Origin: a virus
Length of the DNA: 64,000 bases
IMG/VR virus record: IMGVR_UViG_3300009093_000004
Coordinates: 7,735 to 71,734 of that record
Strand: one strand, 5' to 3'
In this document: positions 8,186 through 15,567 of the stretch, in pieces
How the letters are laid out: every line of letters begins with the position of its first letter
Numbering within the stretch: the stretch's first letter is position 1
Made by a program: the position numbers and the translations under genes
Notes under the pieces: model-generated
The model's database searches: none
What the model was told of the DNA's origin: nothing
What the model saw: only the letters and a program-made list of their open reading frames with translations

Positions 8186-8390
8186 ACGATGCCAGATCGC
8201 CCCTGGTGGAGCCCAACGCATTGGAAATCTTCGAGAGGGGACCGACTATGTCATCCTGCATACGGAGGATCTGGAAGTCCTACTCAAGCAGGCCGGGGCA
8301 GAGCTATCGAACGGGGCGCCGTACGTCTGGTCACCGCCACCCCCTCGAACGAGACCAGCCGACCGTCCTTCCGATAGATCATCGCCGTGA
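8121..8390 (+). CDS. hypothetical protein
   Basis: GAGGT RBS; overlaps neighbours. Confidence 0.45.
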   Translation: MLQWLRKKIRQWDTLAVLKWIERCQIAPGGAQRIGNLREGTDYVILHTEDLEVLLKQAGAELSNGAPYVWSPPPPRTRPADRPSDRSSP

Positions 8391-8748
8391 TCCCGTACCG
8401 ATCATGAAGCTGCTTCAGCTTGTTGGCCTTGACCTGGGTCATGACGCCAGTCGCATCAACAATGGAGATATTACCGCGCCCATTCTCGGGGTTGTTGTGA
8501 ACGACAAGGAAGTCGGCCCGGTATATCACGCCTCCTTCTAAGACGAAGGGAACCTGGGTCGTATACCAAAGGATCTCGCCGGCCTTCCAGAGTAGGTCTA
8601 GATGCTGGGCGTAGCGGGCTTCAAGTTTGGAGCTATAGCGCCTACTATTGTAAACGAAGCTCTCGTTCCGGTACTTCCCCTTAGACGGGGCGCTTTTGTC
8701 GAGGGCACCTCGAATACGAGCGAGATCAGACAGGGTCCAACGGGGCAC
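8284..8748 (-). CDS. DUF1064-like PD-(D/E)XK endonuclease
   Basis: KYRN...YSSKLEARYA...QVPF...YRADF. Confidence 0.8.
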   Translation of the reverse strand: MPRWTLSDLARIRGALDKSAPSKGKYRNESFVYNSRRYSSKLEARYAQHLDLLWKAGEILWYTTQVPFVLEGGVIYRADFLVVHNNPENGRGNISIVDATGVMTQVKANKLKQLHDRYGITAMIYRKDGRLVSFEGVAVTRRTAPRSIALPRPA

Positions 8749-8959
8749 GCTCCTCCTTCAATCGGCGGATCTCCGCACGCAGCAAAGAGATGTTCCTCAG
8801 AAACCTCAAACGAAGCTCGGTCGGACGAACCTCGCGTAGACAGGAGCAGCCACCGTTGGTGTGCATCCCTCCCGGATGACCAAAGACGCACCCACCATCG
8901 GTACATCCTTTGATCCCTTCCACGTCTGGTCTGTTACCCATCATTCGTTCCTGCATCAA
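8726..8959 (-). CDS. Cys-rich hypothetical protein (GCTDGGC...GMHTNGGCSC)
   Basis: ORF track; coupled. Confidence 0.65.
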   Translation of the reverse strand: MMQERMMGNRPDVEGIKGCTDGGCVFGHPGGMHTNGGCSCLREVRPTELRLRFLRNISLLRAEIRRLKEERAPLDPV

Positions 8960-9183
8960 CCTGGCCAGCCCAGATCCCCGTCACAGGCAGGGCGGGGCGG
9001 CCAGGACCGGATATGGGGATCGTACATCTTCCAGAAGAGCGCCAGTTCCTCCCGAATCACCGTGCGGATCTCGGTGATGGTCACCTCGCGGGGAGCGTCC
9101 TCCATGACACAGACATGGCGATTCCGGTCATCCAAGGGATATCGCTTGCCGCACTCGAAGCAGTATTTATTCCCGATGATCAT
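8956..9183 (-). CDS. hypothetical zinc-ribbon protein
   Basis: CFECG...HVC; AGGA RBS. Confidence 0.6.
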   Translation of the reverse strand: MIIGNKYCFECGKRYPLDDRNRHVCVMEDAPREVTITEIRTVIREELALFWKMYDPHIRSWPPRPACDGDLGWPG

Positions 9184-9202
9184 AAAGTCCTACCGTTCAC
9201 GG

Positions 9203-9349
9203 TTACTTGAGAGCCCACATCGATAGGAAAGCTGTCGCGCTGCCGGCGACCGGAGCCAGCCACAACGGGATATCGTGCCTCGTATAGTAGATGCCGATTA
9301 ACATGAAACCCACAGTCCAACCAGCCACCACCGAGATCGTGATTCTCAT
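9203..9349 (-). CDS. small two-helix membrane protein
   Basis: Hand-translated MRITISVVAGWTVGFMLIG...; ATGA-coupled. Confidence 0.5.
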   Translation of the reverse strand: MRITISVVAGWTVGFMLIGIYYTRHDIPLWLAPVAGSATAFLSMWALK

Positions 9350-9513
9350 TTGTCACCTGTTGCGCTGACATAGCTTCTAACGAGCATGTAATAGCCGCTG
9401 CCTGGGGTAAGGGATCGTATCCATGATGGTCTCTGTCCGCGAACGCGCGCAATCGTATAGCAGACGGCGTCTACAAACATGAAAGCGCCCCAACTCCAGA
9501 CTAGACTATTCAT
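9346..9513 (-). CDS. small membrane protein
   Basis: Hand-translated MNSLVWSWGAFMFVDAV...; ATGA-coupled. Confidence 0.5.
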   Translation of the reverse strand: MNSLVWSWGAFMFVDAVCYTIARVRGQRPSWIRSLTPGSGYYMLVRSYVSATGDK

Positions 9514-9749
9514 GGCGCTGTTCCATTGTCATCGAGTCTCCAAGCTTGGTGGCAGAGCCGATTCCATAGGAACTCGTCATCCTTGCCTTCCTCCTTGATG
9601 CAGTGGGAGCCTTTCGTCATCGCCACGAACAAACGTCGCTCCCCGTTGATGTGATAGTGGTTCATGCCCACAATCGACCATTCACCGAGCGGCCCTTGCT
9701 TCCACGGCGGCAACCGTTGACTACCTTCCATCTTGACCTCCGGACGCAC
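9510..9749 (-). CDS. hypothetical protein
   Basis: ORF track. Confidence 0.6.
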   Translation of the reverse strand: MRPEVKMEGSQRLPPWKQGPLGEWSIVGMNHYHINGERRLFVAMTKGSHCIKEEGKDDEFLWNRLCHQAWRLDDNGTAP

Positions 9750-10212
9750 TATCCGATCCTAATACCCAAAGGTGAGGGTGGAGTCCAGCTAGCTCCTCCT
9801 GGATGATCGGCTCGATCACCTTCCAATCCCCACCTCCGAGTCCACAGCCAATTAGGGGGAAGTGGATATCCTTGAAGCAGATAGGAGTTTCAGGTGCGCG
9901 GGCATAACGGGCCACGTCCGCAAAGCAGGTCCGTAAGGCATCGTAGTTCACGTACTGTTTACCATCCGTACCATACCTGTCCTGAGTGATGGCGTTACAG
10001 ACAATCAGCTCTTTAGTAACGAAGAGTGGACAGCATCTACCGAGCTTCAGAAAGTCCATTTCGTGCCATAGCCGGTAAGCATCGTAGGCCTTCGGATACT
10101 TCTCCCGGATCGCCTTGGCCACCCCGGAGCCCATGACACCCTGGGCATTACAGCCATGTACGATGATCCCGGAGGTAACGGATAGGAGATCCCCGACGTG
10201 TCGTTCGATCAT
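9721..10212 (-). CDS. macro-domain protein (ADP-ribose binding/processing)
   Basis: GDL...IVHGCNAQGVMGSGVA...FPLIGCGLGGGDW. Confidence 0.9.
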   Translation of the reverse strand: MIERHVGDLLSVTSGIIVHGCNAQGVMGSGVAKAIREKYPKAYDAYRLWHEMDFLKLGRCCPLFVTKELIVCNAITQDRYGTDGKQYVNYDALRTCFADVARYARAPETPICFKDIHFPLIGCGLGGGDWKVIEPIIQEELAGLHPHLWVLGSDSASGGQDGR

Positions 10213-10424
10213 TCTGGATCCTTGCTCCGATCGATCAAGACGATATGGGGATCGGTATCGGCCAGATTCCTCACCATGGATCGACCCCTGGAACTACCGT
10301 TGAAGACATTGAGATGTAGACTACCCCGGAGTTCGTGCTCGATACCGAAGCTGGTGATCAGAGCCACAAAGTCCGCGACCTGCTCGTCGGTCATCTCCCC
10401 CTGAAGAAGCACTGTGGGCATCAC
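10209..10424 (-). CDS. hypothetical protein
   Basis: ORF track; coupled. Confidence 0.6.
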   Translation of the reverse strand: MMPTVLLQGEMTDEQVADFVALITSFGIEHELRGSLHLNVFNGSSRGRSMVRNLADTDPHIVLIDRSKDPE

Positions 10425-10645
10425 TTGTCTCCAATCGTCTCTAATCTCGCCTTGTAACGCCGGGCCTGGTGGACCCGGTCCTCATGCTCTGGGGTGCCTG
10501 GTTCGAAGGAGGCACTGGTACGAGCCTCATACGCTTTGAGAAGATCCCAGCCCGTCCTTCTAGCTGCCCGAATGTCCTCCTCCCAGCTGCGGGCACAACG
10601 CCGCTCTATCGAGTCGAAAAAGGCTTGGGCGCGCTCGTCATTCAA
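10421..10645 (-). CDS. hypothetical protein
   Basis: ORF track; coupled. Confidence 0.6.
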   Translation of the reverse strand: MNDERAQAFFDSIERRCARSWEEDIRAARRTGWDLLKAYEARTSASFEPGTPEHEDRVHQARRYKARLETIGDK

Positions 10646-11070
10646 GGAGTCTCGTCCTCCCGCGTAACCAGCTTCTTCTCAGGGTAGTAGAACTGGGTAG
10701 CAACCACAGGTCGGTGGTCGTATACATCCGACCCCTTCGGGGGTTCCCCCTCTCGGATATAACTGTAGATCTCAACGGGAGTGATCTCGATGAGCCTTCC
10801 GTCCGTGAACTTGGCGTTGTACTCGAACCAGTTATCCCCCTCGAACGTGTAGAAGTTCAGGATGCCGTGGAAGGTGATTTCCTTGGGGGGGCATGCTTCA
10901 CCATCCGTTCCAGGCCAACCCGAGTCGAAGAGCAATTTTCCCTCGGCGGTGATGGTGTAGAGATCCAGGGCCCGATGGAAATCCTTGGTCTGGAAGTCAT
11001 TGGAGGGAGTCGGAGCCCCTTCGACCGTGGGCAACGGAGCGTTGCAAACAACCGAGTCATACATCCCCAT
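10642..11070 (-). CDS. conserved phage hypothetical protein (MGMYD...FQTKD...F.DG motifs)
   Basis: Start moved to MGMYD, which has a GGAGG RBS. Confidence 0.75.
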   Translation of the reverse strand: MGMYDSVVCNAPLPTVEGAPTPSNDFQTKDFHRALDLYTITAEGKLLFDSGWPGTDGEACPPKEITFHGILNFYTFEGDNWFEYNAKFTDGRLIEITPVEIYSYIREGEPPKGSDVYDHRPVVATQFYYPEKKLVTREDETP

Positions 11071-11085
11071 CCGGACCCCTCCCAG

Positions 11086-11113
11086 TTGACATTTGTCTAG
11101 GTTCAGATAATCT
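11086..11113 (+). promoter_or_regulatory. sigma70-like promoter
   Basis: TTGACA-N16-TAATCT. Confidence 0.65.
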
Positions 11114-11119
11114 AGCAGA

Positions 11120-11581
11120 CATGAAGGCGTTGGTGGAAATGATTTTGGTGGATCCAACCCGGTTCGTCAGGACCGATCTCCCCTGTCACCTGTTAGGTTT
11201 CTGGGAAGAGCAGATCGATCTGATGGAACGTGCGGGCAGAATCCCACCCCTTTCCCCTTCCTCCTCTCTGGATTCGGGGTACTCAGGTTCCCTCCTGGGG
11301 GGCCGGGTCCGTCACTCTCCGGGGTCCAGGATTCCCTTACAAACGAATCGATCGGATTCGGACCGGAGAGGAATGGGGACACCTCGGACCGGGATAATGG
11401 TTTCTTGATGGCAGGCCCATTTCGGCCCCAGTGACCTTTCGCGTATCGGGCGACCGGTACGGGGCTTGCTAGGGCGACAGTTCCGGGAGAGACTAGTCCG
11501 GAAACCATCGGTAGGACTGGCAAGTGCATACCGATAACGGCCCTGGGTGACGGCTAATCATCCAGGGCCATTTTTATTTTT
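11120..11581 (+). ncRNA. candidate ~460-nt structured RNA, or leaderless 95-aa ORF with a long structured 3' region
   Basis: Bounded by its own promoter and intrinsic terminator; many nested stems. Confidence 0.4.
11539..11581 (+). terminator. intrinsic terminator
   Basis: GGCCCTGGGTGA/TCATCCAGGGCC 12-bp stem followed by ATTTTTATTTTT. Confidence 0.85.
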
Positions 11582-11614
11582 ACTCCTCCGCTTCCGCTCT
11601 TGGCAAGATTCCCC

Positions 11615-11657
11615 TTGCAATCTGTACAGACACTGCCTAATCTCTGTACCTGTACAC
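11615..11657 (+). promoter_or_regulatory. sigma70-like promoter with CTGTACA boxes
   Basis: TTGCAA-N17-TAATCT; CTGTACAG in the spacer and CTGTACCTGTACAC downstream. Confidence 0.6.
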
Positions 11658-11689
11658 GGTAAACATTTCAGCTTAGGGGAGGGCCAGGC

Positions 11690-12085
11690 ATGGGGTATAC
11701 GACCCGGTTCGAGGGAGAGCTTCGCTTCACAAACCCGATCAGCGTTCCTCAGCTGGTCTATCTGAACCAGCTGATCGAGAACAAGGACGGGACGTTTCGG
11801 GAACACATCGATCTGGAAGTGACCCGAGACTATTCGGGCTTGAAGTGGAACTTGGCTGAGAAGACCTACGGGATGGATGAGGCGGTCGAATACATCCTCC
11901 AGGCCATGAGTACCAAGTTCCCCGACTTCGGCCTGGTGGGCGTCCTAAAGGCCCAGGGAGAGGACGTGGATGACCGGTGGGAGCTTCGGGCCGATGGACG
12001 CACATCGGTCAGGGTCGATACCCCACCGACAGGACCTAAGGTCATATGCCCCCATTGCCGATCCACCTTTCGGGTGGGGGGCTGA
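11690..12085 (+). CDS. conserved phage hypothetical protein (MGYTTRFEG...; C-terminal CPHC)
   Basis: ORF track; GGAGG RBS. Confidence 0.75.
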   Translation: MGYTTRFEGELRFTNPISVPQLVYLNQLIENKDGTFREHIDLEVTRDYSGLKWNLAEKTYGMDEAVEYILQAMSTKFPDFGLVGVLKAQGEDVDDRWELRADGRTSVRVDTPPTGPKVICPHCRSTFRVGG

Positions 12086-12087
12086 CC

Positions 12088-12297
12088 ATGGACCAGGTCG
12101 AAAGTCTCAAGGCCTACATTGGGGTGTGCCTGATGGAGCGGATGGAGAGGGGTCAAACGATTCTCTTCTCGGCGGAACAGGTCCAGACCATGGCCGAGAT
12201 CGCCAATGAGTTCGTCATGGAGATCCTGATCGAGCTTCGGGACGATCCGGACCTGCTCTACCGTCTCCAACAGTCTTTCCAGGCACGGAGGCAGTAA
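12088..12297 (+). CDS. hypothetical protein
   Basis: Internal ATG of track ORF 12046..12297. Confidence 0.6.
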   Translation: MDQVESLKAYIGVCLMERMERGQTILFSAEQVQTMAEIANEFVMEILIELRDDPDLLYRLQQSFQARRQ

Positions 12298-12572
12298 TGC
12301 GCTATACCCATATGCCCGTGGCTGGTCGCTGTGTCTTTTGCAAGACCCCTGAGCAGCAGTTGGAGGCCGGCGATTGCGAGACGCACAAGAAGCAGGCAGC
12401 GGAGGCGCGGCCGAGCGTACAAGCCCAGGTCCTACTGTTCATGCTCAATAGAGGGGTCGCTTTAGATGATCAGCAGCTTGAGGCCGTGATCGATCTGTCT
12501 TGCGAGTTTATGTCGGCCAGTTATGCCGCCATGGTTGACGAACTGGAGAAGCACTGGAGTAATCATCGGTGA
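12297..12572 (+). CDS. hypothetical protein
   Basis: ORF track; coupled. Confidence 0.6.
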   Translation: MRYTHMPVAGRCVFCKTPEQQLEAGDCETHKKQAAEARPSVQAQVLLFMLNRGVALDDQQLEAVIDLSCEFMSASYAAMVDELEKHWSNHR

Positions 12573-12871
12573 GCGAAGAGACTACTGCGAAGAAGAAAGC
12601 GTCCGCCAACAAGTCCTACTGGAAAGCCAACCGCATCGCCAAGCGCAAGGGTCACTACGCGGCCCAGTTCGGTATCACCGATCGCAACAAGCGGCGCCGC
12701 ATCAAGCGCCACGTACGGGCGAATCCGAACGACACCAAGGCGATCAAACGCTATGAGGAGACCTACGGGAAGGTGTCCGAAGTGGGCCTGTCCTCCAAGG
12801 GCAGGAAGCAGAAGAGCAAAGTCATCGGGCACGTCCAGGTTCGTCTGACCTTCCTTGAGCCAGCAACATGA
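12569..12871 (+). CDS. very basic, probably nucleic-acid-binding protein
   Basis: K/R-rich; RRIKRHVRANPND motif. Confidence 0.65.
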   Translation: MSEETTAKKKASANKSYWKANRIAKRKGHYAAQFGITDRNKRRRIKRHVRANPNDTKAIKRYEETYGKVSEVGLSSKGRKQKSKVIGHVQVRLTFLEPAT

Positions 12872-13452
12872 CCCATGGACAGTGCCACTGTCGTGTGTGC
12901 GTGGGGGACCATGCTGGATATGGTCCATGCATGCTCACCTCAAAACCTGTAAACAAAGACCCTACCGGCTGGCGCGAGTTCATTCAGAACGTGATCGACG
13001 GCAAAAACTACTTCCGCGCTGGCGAGTATATGCAACTGCTTCAGCAGCTTGAAACAGTGACGCGGGAGCGAGACGAAGCGCTTTCGAAGCTAAGAGCTGA
13101 CGAGACGCCAGCACCTATCAATCAATGTGACGGTTGCCGTCGTGGGCTTCCCAAGAACGAGCGTGGTATTCACGTCGGCCCAGGCGGATTTTGGGCTGGT
13201 GACGTGCAGGGCTGTACCGCGCACTTGTACTCACCGGAGGAACCGACCCGTGAGCTTTCGGCTAGCGAGGCTGCGTCATTCGACAAGACACTGGCGCGTT
13301 CGCCACGTCGCATCCCGCCGCGCGAATTCGACGTCGAGAGCCATACGGGGCTCTATCCGTCCGATGAACTGTCGGAGACTAGCGGTCCGGAGAAAGCCAG
13401 AGAGCCTAACCAACAGGCGAATGCTGCGATCCAAAAGGCAGAAGGCAAATGA
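12868..13452 (+). CDS. modular hypothetical protein
   Basis: ORF track; Cys/His clusters joined by short linkers. Confidence 0.65.
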   Translation: MTHGQCHCRVCVGDHAGYGPCMLTSKPVNKDPTGWREFIQNVIDGKNYFRAGEYMQLLQQLETVTRERDEALSKLRADETPAPINQCDGCRRGLPKNERGIHVGPGGFWAGDVQGCTAHLYSPEEPTRELSASEAASFDKTLARSPRRIPPREFDVESHTGLYPSDELSETSGPEKAREPNQQANAAIQKAEGK

Positions 13453-13631
13453 TGCAGGCCTATTCCAACATGTACTACCACTGGGGATGGGTCGTGGTCT
13501 CCTTCGCCGGGTTTGTAGTAGGTATCTGGGCCGGATTCACACGCAAGTGGTACGCCTTTTTTCTCTGGCTAGTAGCGGTTGCCGCTCTAGGTGGGTTGGC
13601 CTTCAAGTACAAAGAGGGGATATACGAATGA
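13449..13631 (+). CDS. small two-TM membrane protein
   Basis: Hydrophobic profile; coupled at both ends. Confidence 0.65.
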   Translation: MMQAYSNMYYHWGWVVVSFAGFVVGIWAGFTRKWYAFFLWLVAVAALGGLAFKYKEGIYE

Positions 13632-14467
13632 TCACAGTGATAGACAGTGACAACTACGCGGCATCCGGCATCGAGACCATAGTGTTCCCTGGAGGGGAGC
13701 CGCATGTAAAGCTCCCGATCTTCCCGGTCCAGAAGCATGAGGACTTCATCCTCCTGTACCTCAAGGCCAGGACCTTGCTCGATACCTTCAACGGGGCCCT
13801 GGTGCTTGATGCCCTGTCCCGTCAGGGGCAACGGGCCAAGCTCTTCTGTCCCTACTTTCCCGGTGCCCGCCAGGATCGGGCCAATGATGGGACCGCGCCT
13901 CTCACCATCGAAATCATGGGACAGCTACTTTCTCATCGCCCCACCTACGTCTTTGATCTCCATTCCGATCTCGCCCGTGTTGCCATGGATTGGGACCCAA
14001 GTATTCTCATGCCCTCGGATCTTCCCGAAGGAGTCCAGGGTCAATGGGATGGTGTGATCGCTCCGGACAAAGGCGCATTGAACAGAGCTATGGATTTCCT
14101 ACAGAAATTCTGCCCTGGTACGTACATCTTCCGATGTGAGAAGGACCGGGATCCAAAGACCGGTCGCATCCTGAGCTACCAGATGCCACCTCTTCCTAAG
14201 TCCGGGCACTACATCGTGGTGGATGATATCTGTGATGGTGGAGCAACCTTCAACCTACTAGCCGAGTGCTGGGGTACTGACTGGCTTGCTTCAGGTTCCA
14301 CTCTGGATTTGTTCGTATCCCACGGAATCTTCTCTCGTGGGATAGGGAACATTAGCCCTATCTATCACAACATCATCACTACGGACAGCTGGTGTCAGGC
14401 GAACACCTTCGGACGGTTGAGAGTGATCCCACTCCTCCCACAACTGCTGCCCCTCTTTGGGACGTAA
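13628..14467 (+). CDS. ribose-phosphate pyrophosphokinase-like protein (probable NARP1 Adps)
   Basis: FPGGE, PYFPGARQDR, DLHS, APDKGA and VVDDICDGGATF PRTase loop; start moved to MITVID. Confidence 0.9.
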   Translation: MITVIDSDNYAASGIETIVFPGGEPHVKLPIFPVQKHEDFILLYLKARTLLDTFNGALVLDALSRQGQRAKLFCPYFPGARQDRANDGTAPLTIEIMGQLLSHRPTYVFDLHSDLARVAMDWDPSILMPSDLPEGVQGQWDGVIAPDKGALNRAMDFLQKFCPGTYIFRCEKDRDPKTGRILSYQMPPLPKSGHYIVVDDICDGGATFNLLAECWGTDWLASGSTLDLFVSHGIFSRGIGNISPIYHNIITTDSWCQANTFGRLRVIPLLPQLLPLFGT

Positions 14468-14480
14468 AGAGGAAGACGAC

Positions 14481-15284
14481 ATGACCAAGGATCAGCTTAC
14501 CGCTGAGGACTATGAAGAAGTGCTCGCCGATCACCGCAGACTCGTGCGCGAATTAGACGTCCTTTTGAACGGTGAGCATGGAGCGGCCAAGCAGGCAAGT
14601 CTGTGCGATATCGTCGGGCAGCTCAAACGGCAGAAATGCGCTCCGTCCTCAAAGAAGTGCGTCTACTGTGGCCGTGAAGACGGAAAGCACAATGAGGTGT
14701 GCCTTTTGGCGGATAACCAACGCCTACGCGCCGAACGGGACGATGCGCTCGAAATCCTCTCCATCGCGCTCCCCGGTCCGCGACCGTGGCCCACTGAGAG
14801 CAATGTGGCCAAGCTGCGTATCTATCGAGAAATGGCGCTAGATAAGAGAAGAAGCGCCGACGAGACGACAACAGTTCAATCCGCCCACCGCGAAGGTTCC
14901 GAGCCGACCTCTCGCCTGGTCGGAGACATCGATTGGTGTCTGACACAGATCAGTCCGGCGCACAAAGTCCATGAAGTGCTTTCCCGAGTCGCTCGTCAGC
15001 TCGCAGGCTCATCGGAGGAACCGAACGGAAATCAGGCAGATTCAGCATCTTCGGGTGCTGACGCCGCAGCTCCTATGCCCAGGGGGAGTTTGCCGAATAG
15101 CTTGGGCGCCTTTCCGGAGAAAACCAGTAGTGAACTTTGCGGCGCGCGCTGGGAGATGGCTGACCGCGTCAATATCTACTGCACTCTACCTAAAGGCCAT
15201 GCCGCACAACATGAGGCGTGGGGGACTACGGGTCTATTCCACGCATGGAGCGCAGTGAACGGGGACGAACGTAATGATGGTTGA
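14481..15284 (+). CDS. modular hypothetical protein
   Basis: GAGGA RBS before MTKDQ; LVRELDVLLNG.GAAKQASLCDIV phage module. Confidence 0.7.
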   Translation: MTKDQLTAEDYEEVLADHRRLVRELDVLLNGEHGAAKQASLCDIVGQLKRQKCAPSSKKCVYCGREDGKHNEVCLLADNQRLRAERDDALEILSIALPGPRPWPTESNVAKLRIYREMALDKRRSADETTTVQSAHREGSEPTSRLVGDIDWCLTQISPAHKVHEVLSRVARQLAGSSEEPNGNQADSASSGADAAAPMPRGSLPNSLGAFPEKTSSELCGARWEMADRVNIYCTLPKGHAAQHEAWGTTGLFHAWSAVNGDERNDG

Positions 15285-15378
15285 TATAGGTTGGGTTGTG
15301 GCCGCGCTCCTTGCGGGCATCATTACCGGAGTCGCCTTGGTATCTTGGCTGGATAACCGTTGAGCGAGCCAGTGCGTC

Positions 15379-15567
15379 ATGACTGAAGAACGAATACGCC
15401 GAGAGGAAGAGGAACTCCGCAAGCGGATTATCCGCGAAGCGGTGGAGGCTGCCGTCGCAGACTTCAAAGTCTCGCTGGAACAGATGCTCAGGCCTCTGGA
15501 GCGGAAGCGCAAACGTAAACAGTTGGGCAAGACATGTAATGAAACAAAACAACGGGAGGGTCTATAG
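15379..15567 (+). CDS. hypothetical protein
   Basis: ORF track. Confidence 0.45.
   Translation: MTEERIRREEEELRKRIIREAVEAAVADFKVSLEQMLRPLERKRKRKQLGKTCNETKQREGL

Noticed and set aside
11644-11659. LexA SOS box (CTGT-N8-ACGG)
   Set aside because: Imperfect, and better explained by the phage CTGTACA motif family
13127-13627. N-terminal 167 aa of the 446-aa track ORF as a fusion to the PRS-like enzyme
   Set aside because: It overlaps two better-supported genes; the PRS-like sequence begins at Met 13628, which has its own RBS
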